Positions 12,861 to 33,400 of a DNA stretch of 64,000 bases are shown piece after piece. The stretch is from Guillardia theta CCMP2712 (lineage: Eukaryota; Protista; Cryptophyta): positions 350,219-414,218 of the forward strand of contig NW_005434593.1 of the NCBI RefSeq assembly GCF_000315625.1. The letters are read 5' to 3'. Position numbers and translations under genes: made by a program. A model generated the notes under the pieces. It saw only the letters and a program-made list of their open reading frames with translations. It ran no database searches and was not told where the DNA came from. The stretch's first letter is position 1. Each line of letters opens with the position of its first letter.

Positions 12861-13022
12861 ATGTTCGCTCTCCTCGCCATGACCATGCTCGATGACGTCA
12901 ACACCATCAACACCTGGGCTGAGCCTCACAACGCCAACGGTGTTACCCCCAACACCGTCATCGACTCCAACGATGAGCCCCCTGCCAACAACCAGCAGCG
13001 CATGGCTGCCCGTGGCTACTAA
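12861..13022 (+). CDS. Small 53-aa acidic protein, copy B (same protein as copy A)
   Basis: Same translation; only nucleotide difference is TAC vs TAT in the last Tyr codon; preceded by ttgcag|gaagATG. Confidence 0.85.
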   Translation: MFALLAMTMLDDVNTINTWAEPHNANGVTPNTVIDSNDEPPANNQQRMAARGY

Positions 13023-13133
13023 ACGTCTAAAGGAGATTGCTTCCATGTAATTGCACTATTTTTCAATGAAACTTAAAACATCATTTCATGTCCCAGCAAC
13101 ATGCAGTTGCAACCTTTATTAACACATGTGAAA

Positions 13134-17933
<4,800 letters not shown>

Positions 17934-18432
17934 GCGCGCTCCGGAGAGAACAAAGTTGGAGGGGGTAGAGGCGTGAATATGGGGGGTGATGGTGTAGGGA
18001 TCTATCATTGTACAGGTGAATCTATGGTATAAAGCAGGGGTATAGTGGCATTTGTATGGGTGGGGTTTCTACTGTAGGGGGTGGGGGTAGTACCAGCGAT
18101 CGCCCGATAAGTAGTTCATGTTCAAGCCTGCCTCAGTTATAAGCAGAGGAAGAGAAAAAGGCAGAAGGTTTCACCCCTGTCGCCCGAACCGAACGGAAGC
18201 GAGCGGTCGCATTTCTAGCATTTTGGGTGAGAGGAACGAGACGAGAGGAGAGGAGAGGAGAGGAGAAGAAGAGAAGAGAGGTGAGGTAAGGCAGACGGAG
18301 GAAGACACATTAAGTTTCTTGTTGAGCTCAGTCAGGGGCAGTGAAGGTTGAAGGTGCAAGAAACCGTAGTAGGGAGTGACAACTACCGACAAGAATTTGT
18401 TAACGCAGGAGAATTGAGATAAACCGAACAAA

Positions 18433-19847
18433 ATGAGTATGAAGCAACTTCTGGGCTTCTGTTTGATCTCTGTGCTACTGCTGCCATGTAGTTTCTGCTT
18501 TCCTCTTGCCGCAAGGGGTGGGATCTTTGCTATGAGGAATTTCAAACTAAGGCATGGTGCAAACAAAGTCTCAACCAGTCGCAGCGGACTCTCCGCACTG
18601 AGATCCAAGTTTGAGTTCTATGAAGTGCAGCAGAGCAGACAGTACAACATCGCTAAGATCCAGCAGGGTTACTACGTGACAGATGCCGACGGTCAGGTCC
18701 CTCTAGAAAACGTGCTTGCGCAGAAATTCAAGAGCTCGACGAGGGCGGCAGATGACATGACAGCGATCGAGAAAGACATGGGACTTGACGACTTCGTTGC
18801 GCTTCAATCAGAGTATCCAAAGCCAAAATATCTGCCATCCCTCGCGGCGAATGATCCGATCGTTCAGGCCATTACGAACAAGTGTGGGGCAGGACAAGTC
18901 TTGTCGTTCCACCTGCTGGACAAACGATGGAATGGGAACTATATCATGCGATATGCAACATCCGATGGCGATCTGTTTGTGAAGCTGAATCACGAGGAGA
19001 ACAAGTCTGTCTTCGTTGCGGAGGCGGTCGGTCTCACATCGCTCCTCAAGTCAGGAGCTGTCCGTGCCCCGAAACCACTGCATGTCGGAGAAATCCATGG
19101 AGGAGAGGATGGGAGAGGCTCGTTCTTGATCACCGAGTTCCTGGAGCTGTCTCCCTTTGGAAGCATGACCACAACTAATCAAAGGATCCTCGGAGAGCAG
19201 ATCGCCAGGCTTCACACTAGCGGAAATCTTGACGACATTCACAAGGGACGGTTCGGGTTCATGGTGAACAACTTTCATTCCCGTACGCCTCTTGACAACA
19301 CTTGGAGCTCCACGTGGGTTGAATTCTTCACTCGAAGATTGACGTCGCAACTTGGCATGCTGCAGAAGGAACAGGTTTCTCGATCTTGCTACACTCGATC
19401 TTGCTACATGATGAGTTCTGACTTTGTACTCTTTAGGATTGGAGACCTTTCTTCAACGTGAAGAATCAAACCTTTGTCAGCCTTCTATCACGGGTCATCG
19501 ACCAACTTCCACATGATTTTAACAAGCTGGCCATCACACCTTCGCTCTTGCACGGTGATTTGTGGATCGGGAATGCGGGTGCCACAACCGACGGTCCTGT
19601 CCTCTTCGATCCAGCCTGTTTCTTTGGTCACTCGGAGTTCGATCTTGCAATCATGAAGATCTTCGGGGGATTCTCCGACGAGTTCTTCCAGGCATACTAT
19701 GAAATCTTGCCACAAGAAGAGGGTTTCGAGCAGCGAGAGCGATACTACCTGCTCTACAACTATCTGAATCAGCTGAACCTGTTCGGAGACGAGAAAGTCC
19801 TTGTGAAATGCATCAGTGTAATGCAAGAGATCTTGCAGGGAGATTAG
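18433..19847 (+). CDS. Fructosamine/ribulosamine-3-kinase family protein with signal peptide and Phe-initiated transit peptide (probably plastid); one intron at ~19375-19437
   Basis: LFVKLN, F-AEA-GL, LGEQIARLH, FGF-VNNF, W-EFF-RRL, PSLLHGDLWIGN, FDPACFFGHSEFDLA, FGGF, YLNQLNLFG; leader MSMKQLLGFCLISVLLLPCSFC-FPLAAR. Confidence 0.9.
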
Positions 19848-21031
19848 AACATGTGAGGCATTGACGTGTTAAGAAATGTAATCTAGTAATCCGCCCTTCC
19901 CAACCTAAAATGATCTCAACATAACTCTCCGACTGTTCATCTCACAACGGAAAGTGTAAAAATGTGCAAGTTTCTCCTTGGCTTTTGTCTGCAAACTCAA
20001 AACTTGTCTCATGCTTTAAGGATGCCACGGCTGAGTGTACGTGTTCTGATCATCGTCAAGGTACCCTCTTCCTCCATCGTTGTTTCCCCATGGACCATCC
20101 TGATAGAAGAATTCAGCCGTACATACGAGCAGCAAGAGCGCAGGCTCCTTGAAATTCAACAAAAGCTATGCCCCTCCCGTTGTTTTCTTCTTTCATCTGA
20201 AACCTATTCTACTCCCTTCGTTTAATCCCTCCCTTTCTTTCTCTTTCCTGGCATTTGCAGCCTCTCGAACAACCTACGCATCCATCTACTTGCGTCGCCT
20301 ACTCTATCTTCATTGTTGACTCACATTGGGTGGGTTGACGCTCCAGTTTGGCTCTGGTCGGTGAGGCACGCACTGAAATCGTTGTTAGAAACACACATTC
20401 CCCCATCTCCCCTATGGTGTCGAGTTCTTGACTTTGAAGCGTTTCTATCTATTTGCTTCCTTTGTCCACTCTCAGCCCATTTCAACAGGGTTCTCCGATA
20501 CCTCTTTCCCATCCGTTCTTTCCTGACTGTTCATCCTGCTTCATTCTCCAATTTCTATTCCCCTTCGTCTCACTCCGAATCTCCTTTTCCCTCCCTCCTT
20601 ATCCCCCTTCCCCCTCCCCAATTATCCCCCTTCCTCACTCTCCACATCCCACTTCTTCTCTCTCCTCCTCCACCTTCTTCTCTCTCCTCATCCTTCATAT
20701 CTCATTCTCCCATTCTCATCTCTCCTCTTCCTCTTTTACCTGGTGCCATGAGCACTTCGACGCCTCCGCTCCAGCCAGCTTCACCAGCATTCTGGGCCCT
20801 TTACTCTCGTCTCTTCACTGAGACCCCACCCCCATTATACTAAAACAGTACCCTACCCGTCCTATGCAAAGTATTTGGAAGATAGCGTATGGGGTATATC
20901 GAATACCCCCACCCTGTTAAAATACAATACCCGTGTCCAGGACTGAAAGAGCGAAGGTGGGGTTATCTTGATGTCAAGCCGCATCCCCGCTCATGCCACT
21001 TCCGTTGCCTGACTTGACAGGACCCAACAAA

Positions 21032-21657
21032 ATGTCGCGCAAGTCGCGTTCTGCAGGAGGAATCAGAGAGGAGGTGAGAGGATGGCGGATAACTTCTGCT
21101 CCTGGAGCTCTTGGGTGAGTTGGTAGGATTGAGATTGAAAGCATTCCAGTAACTCGATATGATTGACAGCGTCGTCTATGACTTCCTGCCCATCGATTTC
21201 AATCTTCTCCTCGAGGAGCACGCTAACTGCGAGGAAGGCAAGACATTAGCGATGCTAGAGGTGATGTCGATCACAATCACAATGCACCTTATAATGCTGC
21301 TGCAAAAGTGTAATATCGGTTGGTGCTACTTGAATGGTCGAGGGTGTCCCAGGGATTACAAAGAAGCTACCAAGTGGTTTTCGAAGCATCCCAAGCAAAA
21401 CTCAAGTGCAGGAAGTCAATACAACATGGGGTGAGAACATACTGATAGAACACTGAGATATCCTACTATCAAGCTCCAACTTACGCGTATCTTCTGGCAG
21501 TGTTATGTACTCGTTCGCTCTTGGGGTTGATAAGTTGGAGCGGCAAGCGTCGGAGGCTTTTGGATACTACAACAAGCTCAGAGTGCAAGAGCGACAGATG
21601 TATGAGATATGCAACTCAGGAGCCAAAGCCCTAGATCCGAGCTATACCACTAACTGA
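21032..21657 (+). CDS. Short Sel1-like-repeat protein (possibly degenerate or a pseudogene)
   Basis: CNIGWCYLNGRGCPRDYKEATKWFSK...SQYNMG / VMYSFALGVDK...EAFGYY matches two Sel1 repeats; the second is weak. Confidence 0.55.
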
Positions 21658-21833
21658 CATGTGAAACAATTATCTTACTGTATGAAACGAAACTTAATCA
21701 CTAAAACCTATGATGTGATATGATGCTTGAGATAAATGTTGATAGTTTCAGCATCATTCCCTCGCGCCCATTCATCAGCGAGTTTAGATCTCATCAATCA
21801 TTTATTTACACTTGTACATGCTGGATAATCAAT

Positions 21834-23968
21834 TCAAACTTCTTCCCTGATCCACTTGAGAAAAACATCGAGGCAATACTTCCCTACTGGGTGGATGCAG
21901 GGCCAGAAAACGAATATCAAGAGTGCAGTTATCAAGACTATGATCACTTCACGAACTGCGTTCGCCCCTTGAGCTCCTTTGCCGGTGTAAGAGCAAGGGT
22001 AGTCGTTGCGGCATCCCATGGATATGCAGAGATTCAGCAGACCATCATTGTTGGAGTCCTTGACAGAGTAAGTCCACGGACCTGCGACCCCGATAGACTG
22101 GAAGCTGCGAGAGTAAAATTATTCATTGCTGAAAGACTTAGCCCCAGACGTTCGCACCTGCACATGGTGTTGTAGATGTCCATGCAGTAGCTGCAGCATA
22201 AGGGAAAGATGTTGAGCTCGTTTATGAAGTCCACGGGTGGGTTGGTCGAGTTGGCGCAATCGCTGTCTTGTTGGCACTGAGAAATCAACCTATGACCCAT
22301 GTCAAACAGATGTATCAAACAGCTGTTGGCGCCGTTGTGCTTCAAGTCGCAGCGGCTTTCTGACCTTCTAGTGCAACAATCTCTGTGAGCATATTCTTCA
22401 ATTTGTGAGGTATGGTTGATGAATGTCTGCAGGGCAGGACATCTTGAATCGCTTGCAAGGTTCTGAAATGATCGCCAGAATGTGACTCATAAGGGACTTC
22501 AAGGGGAACAAGATTGCCTGCAAAGCGAGCGAACAGCAACATATGTCCGAGCATTCCGGCTCTTGGAAAAGGTTTTGACAGTCACAGCGACTTCGGACGG
22601 CGGTGTCAGAACGTATGTAGCCTTCCTGTCTTGATGATCAGACTTTCAACAGGTGCTGACTCCAAACATCTCACACAGCAATCAGGCAGAAGAGCTCGTC
22701 TTTGCCTCAGCGAATAGGAAAAACCATAACGCCCGGAAACTTCCCCGCAATGCGACTCAAAGGGGCTGCACGTCGTGAGGAAGAGAGACGGAGGGAGAGC
22801 ACGAGACCTGGTGTCAAGATACTCGAAGCATTTCTTGTACGTCAGTTCCTCGGTCGATACGACAAAATCCCAGGAGTAAGCACCAGCCTGAGTCTTCTTC
22901 CCGGCACAAACACTCCCGAAGTACTTGGCGCTGACCCCTGAAACGAAGGATCAAAGTCAGGACAGTGAGAGTCAAAGCCTTCCTGACGAGGTCGTGCAGA
23001 AACCCTTCTGCAGACGGAAAGTCTCACTTCACTGCTACACAGCAGCAGGCAAAGGAACCTGAATAATGCCTCCAACGTACAGACAGCCCGGAGAGGAGGA
23101 GTCTTGCGCGGTCAGGTAGTTCCGCAAAGTCGGAGGAGGCACACCAAAGGTCCAAGAGCTAATCTGATGTTGATAGAACGAGTCCCCTCCTTGCTTGATA
23201 GACACGTTGACACCACTCGTATTGCCGATCTGATACTTGCTCACATAATACGAGCCCTATCACAACAGCTCTGATTCAGCAGACACCAACCCACACTCGC
23301 ATCACCGGACACTCGGTCGAGACTTGGCTGTAGATGCCGTACAGATCAATCTTGCTGGAAGCTGCGTTGCATCTGACATCACATTCACAAACCACGTCAA
23401 CTCGATCAAGATTCAAAACAAAAGCGAATGAACGCACAGATCTGAGCTACAGCAAGCGTAGTTGTAAACTCCCATGGAGTCTTCTTTCTGGCCTCTGCCA
23501 TGTGATTGCGTTAGCGCTGACGTCAATCTTAATTGCATGAGACACCGAGCTTGATAGCACTGATCTGACGACACACACCCAAGGCTGATGGATCCATCTG
23601 AGTACATCTTTGCAATGCATGAAGATGTAGCGGCACAGGTCGACATCGAAGTTGACGACACTGTATAAGTGCTTCCAGTCTTGGTGACTTGTTGTACGTA
23701 ACACTTCAAACATGCTGCTGGCAAGACTGTACAAAGGCACTTGTTAGGTACCCGAGCATGAGATTACAGCGAGATTCAGTGACAGCATCCAATTGAAGAA
23801 GGCAAAGAAGACTCAATGAAAGTTGCGGAGGTTGAATCAAGGAAGGCAGGGCAAGGCGTGAACGAGAGATGGAGGAGGAGAGGAGATGTAAGAGACACGG
23901 AGGAAGAGACGAGGGTGAAAGAATCTCTTACTGGTGAGGAGGAGGAGGAGGAGATTTAGGCGCAGCAT
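21834..23968 (-). CDS. Cys-rich type I membrane protein with an N-terminal Ly6/uPAR (three-finger)-like domain
   Basis: Signal MLRLNLLLLLLT/ILPAAC-LKCY; ...TC....SC...LGC....C...YACCSSDL/CN (spliced); second Cys-rich block CQQDSDC...CCSYC...C; TM VIIVLITALLIFVFWPCI; stop at 21834. Confidence 0.7.
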
Positions 23969-24146
23969 GGCTCCTCAGTCCACACCGACGAAATTATGAA
24001 TTTTCACTATTCAGCTTTGAAATTTATTCATAATTATATCGAATTAGAATATAACATCAATTGTAGTTCTGCATAACGTTTATAAGAATTTCAGAACTAT
24101 GCACAATAAAGAGTTGCTACCGTTCTCTGCGAAAGATGATGAGAAA

Positions 24147-24240
24147 TCTCCTCCTCCTCCTCCTCCTCCTCCTCCTCCTCCTCCTCCTCCTCCTCCTCCT
24201 CCTCCTCCTCCTCCTCCTCCACCACCACCACCACCACCAT
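24147..24240. repeat. (CCT)n/(CCA)n microsatellite
   Basis: Directly visible. Confidence 0.95.
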
Positions 24241-24346
24241 ACCACAATTCCTCCCCTCTTGCTCTTTCGCTCGCACCTGACTCTATCTGCTCTTTCGTGT
24301 GAAGCTCAAGAAAATTATGATGGTTGGAAAGCGATGTGAGGAAAAA

Positions 24347-24348
<2 letters not shown>

Positions 24349-24393
<45 letters not shown>
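24349..24393. repeat. (GGCA)n microsatellite
   Basis: Directly visible. Confidence 0.95.
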
Positions 24394-24396
<3 letters not shown>

Positions 24397-24742
24397 GGGA
24401 AACGAACGAAGCAGGCAGGCAAGGGCAAGGGCTGGGGGATGAGAAGAAACCGAAGAGAATCAGAGAATGAAGGAATAATCGAGTCAGAAAGTGAGATGAC
24501 TTCGAAAGGATGCAGAAAGACATGAAAGATGGGGAGGAGGGAGGTGAAGACTCAGTCACAGATAGTCGAGCCATGAGCGTCTTCAAGACTCTCCGACAGT
24601 CTATGGAGCCTCATTGTCCCGACCAGCTCTATGAAGCCTGTTAAACTAGCTCTTGCGCTGTGCATCGATCAGTCACATGCGTCCCAGTGAAGCTGACAGA
24701 GCGAAGGGGCTAGGAAGACTGTATTGCAGTGCTATAGCTGAT

Positions 24743-27700
<2,958 letters not shown>

Positions 27701-27838
27701 GCTTCCGGGATCCTTGCAGCCGTGATGCTGTCTGAGGCGGGTCCGAGTATGAGGGGGATGATCTTGGAAACGGGGATGAGGGGACGGTTGTAGGCGATAG
27801 TGATGGCGGAGCGGGAGAAGCGGGAGGGATCAGCGACG

Positions 27839-30444
27839 ATGGGTGAGAGGAGGAGGAGGAGAGCATGCACGAGACCCTCTCAGTCTTCTCCGTCCTCCTT
27901 GCTACCATATCTCCACCCTCTCTCGTCCCAGGCTGTACCCCCGCTCTCCTGCTCCGTAGCCTCGCCTCCTTGTCACTATCGGTCGCTGTCACTGAGCGAT
28001 GCCTGGTTGTCTGTATGCGTGACAGCGAATGTGTTCACCAGCTCTCCTCGTCTCTTCTTTGTTCTTTGTCTTCTTAGTGAAAAATTCTTCTTCTCTTCGT
28101 ACATTCACTTGCATATTGGACCGATCTTTGCATGATATCCGTGAATCCCAGTTCATGAAAACCTCTGTAATCGTAGTGGTACATGTCCCTGATGTGAGGA
28201 GCGGATCTCTTGCTGGGTGCTGACGTGTCTCAGATCTCATCGGAAGTCTCATCCCGTATGCCATCTGCGCCCTCGCATCGGCCATAGCGACGGCATGGCT
28301 GATCGAGGTCGGGAGGTAGAGCATTCGTTCTGAGATAGCATAGTAGAGATTCAGTTGCGATGCAGGGGGAGGCGAGGAGACCTCCAAGAGTTCTCGAGGC
28401 TGTTCACGAAGACAAGGTCTTTGTGACGAGCATGGAACCGCTCTGAACGCTCATCCCTGCCCTGCAGCGGATTCTCCGAGGCTGAGGACGCGGAGGCATT
28501 TCGAAAAGTGTCCACTGAAGAGGAAAGAGGAGGAGGAGGAGGAGGAGGAGGAGGAGGAGGAGGAGGAGGAGGAGGAGGAGGAGGAGGAGGAGGAGGAGGA
28601 AAGACCTGCAGGCTCATATTGCTACCAGGTTCGCAAGTACTGGGATGAGCGACCCTGCAACTCTGGTTGGAAGTTTCCAGGCATCGAGTTCGGGTCCAAG
28701 GAGGTGAAAGAGAGGAGTAGCGTCGCTGGGATTGACCTGGATCGATTGATAGCACTGGGAAGAAGTGACGAGGAGGAAGTACTTTGTGGTAGAGGCTGCA
28801 GATTCCATCGCTTCCTCCTCTAATCTGATGTGCAGGAATATCACATCCCCGTGTTCGCGGAGTTCGACAAGTGGAAGGGAAAGAGGGTGATGCAACCTGT
28901 TCTACTCGTGGACGACGAAGTGAGAATCATGAAAGGTGCTTGAGATTGGCGGAGGAATCTGCACGACAGCGACAAGGTGAGCATCGAACATGGGAGTGCA
29001 GGAGTGAAACGAAGTTGATGTCATGGTCTGTCAGTTTTGCGAAGGCTGGTGCCAAGATTACTGTTGTAGAGTTGTCGCCGAAGAGCATGTTTGTGCTGAT
29101 ATAGCAAGATAGGTTTGATTGCTGATGGAAGCAACAGGGAGTTATGTCAGAAACGCTTCAAGATCTTGGGGTTGGAGGACAGAGCAACATTCTATGTTGC
29201 CAACGCGGAGTCGCTGAGCTCCGTGGTTAGTGTAGAGAAAAGAGGGAGGAGGCGGAGGCGGAGGAAGCGAGGAAGAGGATGGGGCTGAGATTGGCTGCAG
29301 GTTCCTGTTGAGACCTATGACCTGGTTTGGTCGTTTGGAGTGATTCATCACAGTCCTAATCCTGAGAGAATCATCGACCAGGTTGGAGAGAAGAGGAGGA
29401 AAGACGAAGACTCTGACCTGTCTCGCTTCCATAGATCAAGCAGTACATGGGGAAAGAATCAAAGCTGAAGGTGAGGTTCAGAACATCTGAACTTGCAAAC
29501 TTGCTGCAGCTTCCACTTGAAGAATGTGAGTTGACATGGCAGCTCATGGTCTACTCGAAGATCAGCTTCAAGTTGTTTTGGGTCTTGAACCACACAAGGC
29601 AGTGGAGCTTCGCAAAGATGGACGAGGTCCTGCTTCCTTCTCTCCTCTCCTCTCCTCTCCTCTCCTCTCCTCTCCTCTCCTCTCCTCACCTCACCTCACC
29701 TCTCCTCTCCTCTCCTCTCCTCTCCTCTCCTCTCCTCACCTCTCCTCTCCTCTCCTCTCCTCTCCTCCTCCCCTCATCCTATCCTCTCCTCCCCTCTCTT
29801 CTCCTCCTCAATCCCCTGCTGCAGGTCGTCGCTCACTACTCGGAGGCAAGGGAAGGCAGTCCGGTCACCTACACCTACTCCTACAGGGGTCTTGCGAAGC
29901 TCCTGCAGGACTTTGATGTGAGGAGGAGGAGGAGGAGGAGGAGGAGGAGGAGGGAGGGAGAGAGTAAGAAATCATGCGGCAGGTCCTGTACATGGGGAAA
30001 GCGCACATTTTTCCATATCAGATCGAGCCGTACAAGAGCGGCAAGTACGTCGTCGATCCTTTGTGGCAGGGAGTCTCGGTAGGCTCAAATCCTCACATCC
30101 CCCTTACACTACCCCCTGCTTCTCTTCCTCCTCCTCCTCCTGTTCCTCCTCGTCTTCCTCTTCCTCCTATCTCCTTCTCCTCCTATTCCACCACCACCAT
30201 CTCCGCTTTGCTTCTCTCCTCGTCCTCGGTCATTCTCTCGTAGAAAGGAAGATGGGAGGAGCTCGAGGAGGAGCTGGGCTGGCACCTCCTGGCAGAGGCG
30301 AGGATGAGCGAAGGAGGAGAGAGGAAGGAGATCAGTAAGTTTGTGCTCAACTGGTCACGATCTGACGTCCTTGCCCCTCAAGTCTTCGAGTCTTCCGTCT
30401 CCTCCAGGTTCGAAGGGCTACGAGGCGTGCTCCCCAAGGAGTAG
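27839..30444 (+). CDS. Class I SAM-dependent methyltransferase with hydrophobic N-terminal segment(s) (start uncertain)
   Basis: Spliced exons VRKYWDERPCN, HIPVFAEFDKWKGKRV / LEIG, FAKAGAKITVVELSPKS, NAESL, YDLVWSFGVIHHSPNPERIIDQ, LMVYSK, YSEAREGSPVTYTYS, AHIFPYQIEPYK, LEEELGWHLL. Confidence 0.8.
28527..28599. repeat. (GGA)n microsatellite
   Basis: Directly visible. Confidence 0.95.
29640..29770. repeat. Intronic (CTCCT)n pentanucleotide repeat
   Basis: Directly visible. Confidence 0.9.
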
Positions 30445-30462
30445 ATTTCTGCTCCTGCTCGC

Positions 30463-33400
30463 CTCAAGCATTCTTAACGCCCGACGCTCGAGTGCCGAGC
30501 TGCTCCCCAGCTAGGAGGAGCGGCAAGGGGAAGAAGCTTGAGCTAGCCTTAGAGACTCGGGCGACAAGGAAGGAAAGGAAGATGGAGGGAGGACATGGAG
30601 ACAGGACGATCGCGAGGGAGCGAGGAGCAGGAGGAGAAGAGGAGTGGGGGGAGGGGAAGCATGTTTCTGCAGATAATTACTTTGTTGTATATCACATGCT
30701 TCTCAGCCTCTTGTGCTCTCGCTCATTCTACCTCACCGCTTGCTCGCATCGCGCGAAGGAAGCTTCCGCTGCGGTTGGCCAACGACCTTCTTGTCCTTCA
30801 TCATCGATCTGCAGCGACAATCAGCACAGGCAACAACGAGGAGGAGGAGGAGGAGGACGAGGAGGAGGACGAGGAGGAGGAGGACGAGGAGGAGACCTGT
30901 CGGCAGCCGTCTCGCTCTTGGCCGACGTGGGGCGACGGGAGGAGGAGCGGACGCTGCTGGCCAGTGCGGAGAGGGAGAGGGCGGAGGAGTCAGACTCCTC
31001 CGAGGCCAGCGAGGACAAGGACTCCTCCGAGTTGCAGGCGGAGATCTGACCCGCTCCCTCTGCCGTGCAGGAGACATGGCGCATTGCCTGCTCGACAGGT
31101 CAGTGACTTCACTCACCTCCTCCTCCTCCTCCTCCTCCTCGCGAGCTCACCTTTCCCAGCTCGCAGGAGGAGACCATGCTGGCGAAGCGAAGGGTGCAGA
31201 GGGTCTCGTGGGAGGAGGTCTCGATGGGGGAGCAGTTGGCGATGAGGAGCGCCTTGCCGTCGCCGGAGAGGCAGGGCTGGAGGAGGAAGGTGAGCTTCGA
31301 GTTCCTGTAGGGCACGTGCGGCGACTTCTTGGAGAGGGCAACGAAGACGTCGGAGAGGGCGGAGAGCGACTTGTTGATCGCCTGCGTCTCCTTCAGCCTC
31401 TCCCCCGTCGCGTGCGACTTGGCCAGCCTCTCCGACCCCGCCAGGTCCACCAGGTGGAGGGTCCCGTGCAGGGCCTGCTGCTGGCCCCCGACTCCCGCCT
31501 TCCTGCCGGTGATGCGCATGGAGAAGACCGTGTGGCTCCTCGAGGATCGCTCGTTCATGTCCGTCTTGGCGATGCTCTTGTTCCTCTCCGCCTCCGCCAT
31601 CATCTCCTCCACGTCCTCCATCGTCCTCACCCTCCTGTAGATCAGGTCCGACACGTCGTGCCGCCCGTTCTCTCCCAGCGTGATCGTGTACTTCTTCCCC
31701 TCCCGCTCCTCCTCCGCACACAGCAGGTCCCTGACGTGCTCCTGGTAGATCTCGAGGAACGACGCCTCCAGCTGGTACTCCCACCCGCTCTCTCGCATCC
31801 CCTCCACCCCTCCCAGGATCTGACCCATCGACCTGGGGATGATGCCCTGGTCCTCCCTTGACCCGAACATCGTGTGCGTCTTCCCGGACCCGGTCTGGCC
31901 GTAGGCGAACAGCGACACGTTGTACCCGTCCAGCGCGCTCTGCACAAACTGAGAGACTTCGGAGAAGACGTCCTCTTGCGAGCTCATGGCGGGGAACACC
32001 CGGTCGAACCGGAAGCCGTTGGACTGGCCGTTGTGCGGCACCATCACCGTCCCCAGCTCCTCGTCCACTCCCACCACGCTCCTCTCCGAGCTCGGCCGGA
32101 CCCTCGCAAACACTCGGATGTTCCCCTTCAGCTCCTGCAGCTCGTTGTGCAGCCGCCGCCGCAGCCCCTCGGCCTTGGCGAGCTTTTGCTTCAGGTCCAG
32201 CACCTGCTCCTTGAGCGACGTCACCAGCGCCTTCTGCGCGTCCGCGTCCTCCTCCGCCGCCTGCATGCGGCTCTGGGCACTGGCTCGCTCGCTCTCGAGG
32301 GTCATGAGCTTGCTCAGCTGGTCAGCGATCTTTGCGGGCGTGTTGCAGACGGTCTTGTACGTGCGGAACTCTGCCTCCAGCACTGCAAGCTTCTCCATGC
32401 TGTCCGCCTTCGCTCTCCCCAGCTCCTCCAGCTTGCTCGCCGACTCTGCCTGCTCCACCTTCGAGGTCTCGAGCTCCACCTGAGCCTTCTGGAGCTGAGA
32501 CTGGAGCTCCTGTGCCTTCGCCTCCTGCTCTGAGAGAGAGGTCTTGAGCTTGTCCATGTCTCGCTTCATCTGAGTCCTCTCCTCCTTCAGCCTACACGGT
32601 GCTTGTCAGACTCTTCCCCCTCCCCCTCCCCCTCCCCCTCATCCCCCGAACGCTCACCTGCTGAGGTCCTCCAGGAGGGAGTCTCGCTCAGCTGCCAGCT
32701 CCTTCGCTCGGCCCACCTGCATGTCCTGAGCCTGCGCCACCGTCTTCATCGCGTCTCGGATCTGCGCGTCCTTGTCGTCGAGCCGGGCCTGCATCTCCTT
32801 CAGCTGGGACAGGTTCAGGTCCCTCTCAGCTGTCAGCCTCGCCATCTCTGCCCTCGTCTCCTCTCTCTCCGCGCTCCTCTTGTCCAGCTCTGCCCTCCTG
32901 CCCTCCAGCTGCTGTTGGCAGAGCTCGATCTGCGCCCTGCTGCTTGCCAGCTGCTCTTCGTAGGACTGGATCCTGCTAGAGAGCGAGCTCTTCTCCTCTC
33001 TCGCCTTCTCCAGCGCCGCCTCCATCTCCGACATCTTCGCCTTCATGCCCTCCATGCTCGAGTCCCTGCTCTGGCAAGTCTCCTGCAGCCTGGACTCCAG
33101 CTCGGAGACCCTCCGCTCCCTCTCCTGCATCTCGAGCCTCATGTTCGAGAGCTTGTCCTTGCTCTCCTCGTTGACCTGCGAGATCTTCTCCTCCAGCTCG
33201 CTGCACTTTCTCTCGAGCTCGGCGGCCCTGGCCAGCAGCTGCTGCTTTTCCTCCACCATCCTCTCCTTCTCGTACTCTAGAGTCGCGATCCTCCTCTGGT
33301 TCTCCTCGTACGCCGCATCGCGGGTGGAGCAGCTCATGTGCACCTGGGACCGGAGGTCCTCGACCTCCTTGTCTCTCTGCTGGGCTCTCGCCTCCAACTT

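Noticed and set aside
19960-20850. ORFs rich in Pro/Ser/Leu
   Set aside because: Low-complexity CT-rich DNA; no splice-consistent gene or family motif.
24080-24586. Poly-Gly, poly-Pro and poly-Leu ORFs
   Set aside because: Translations of microsatellites.
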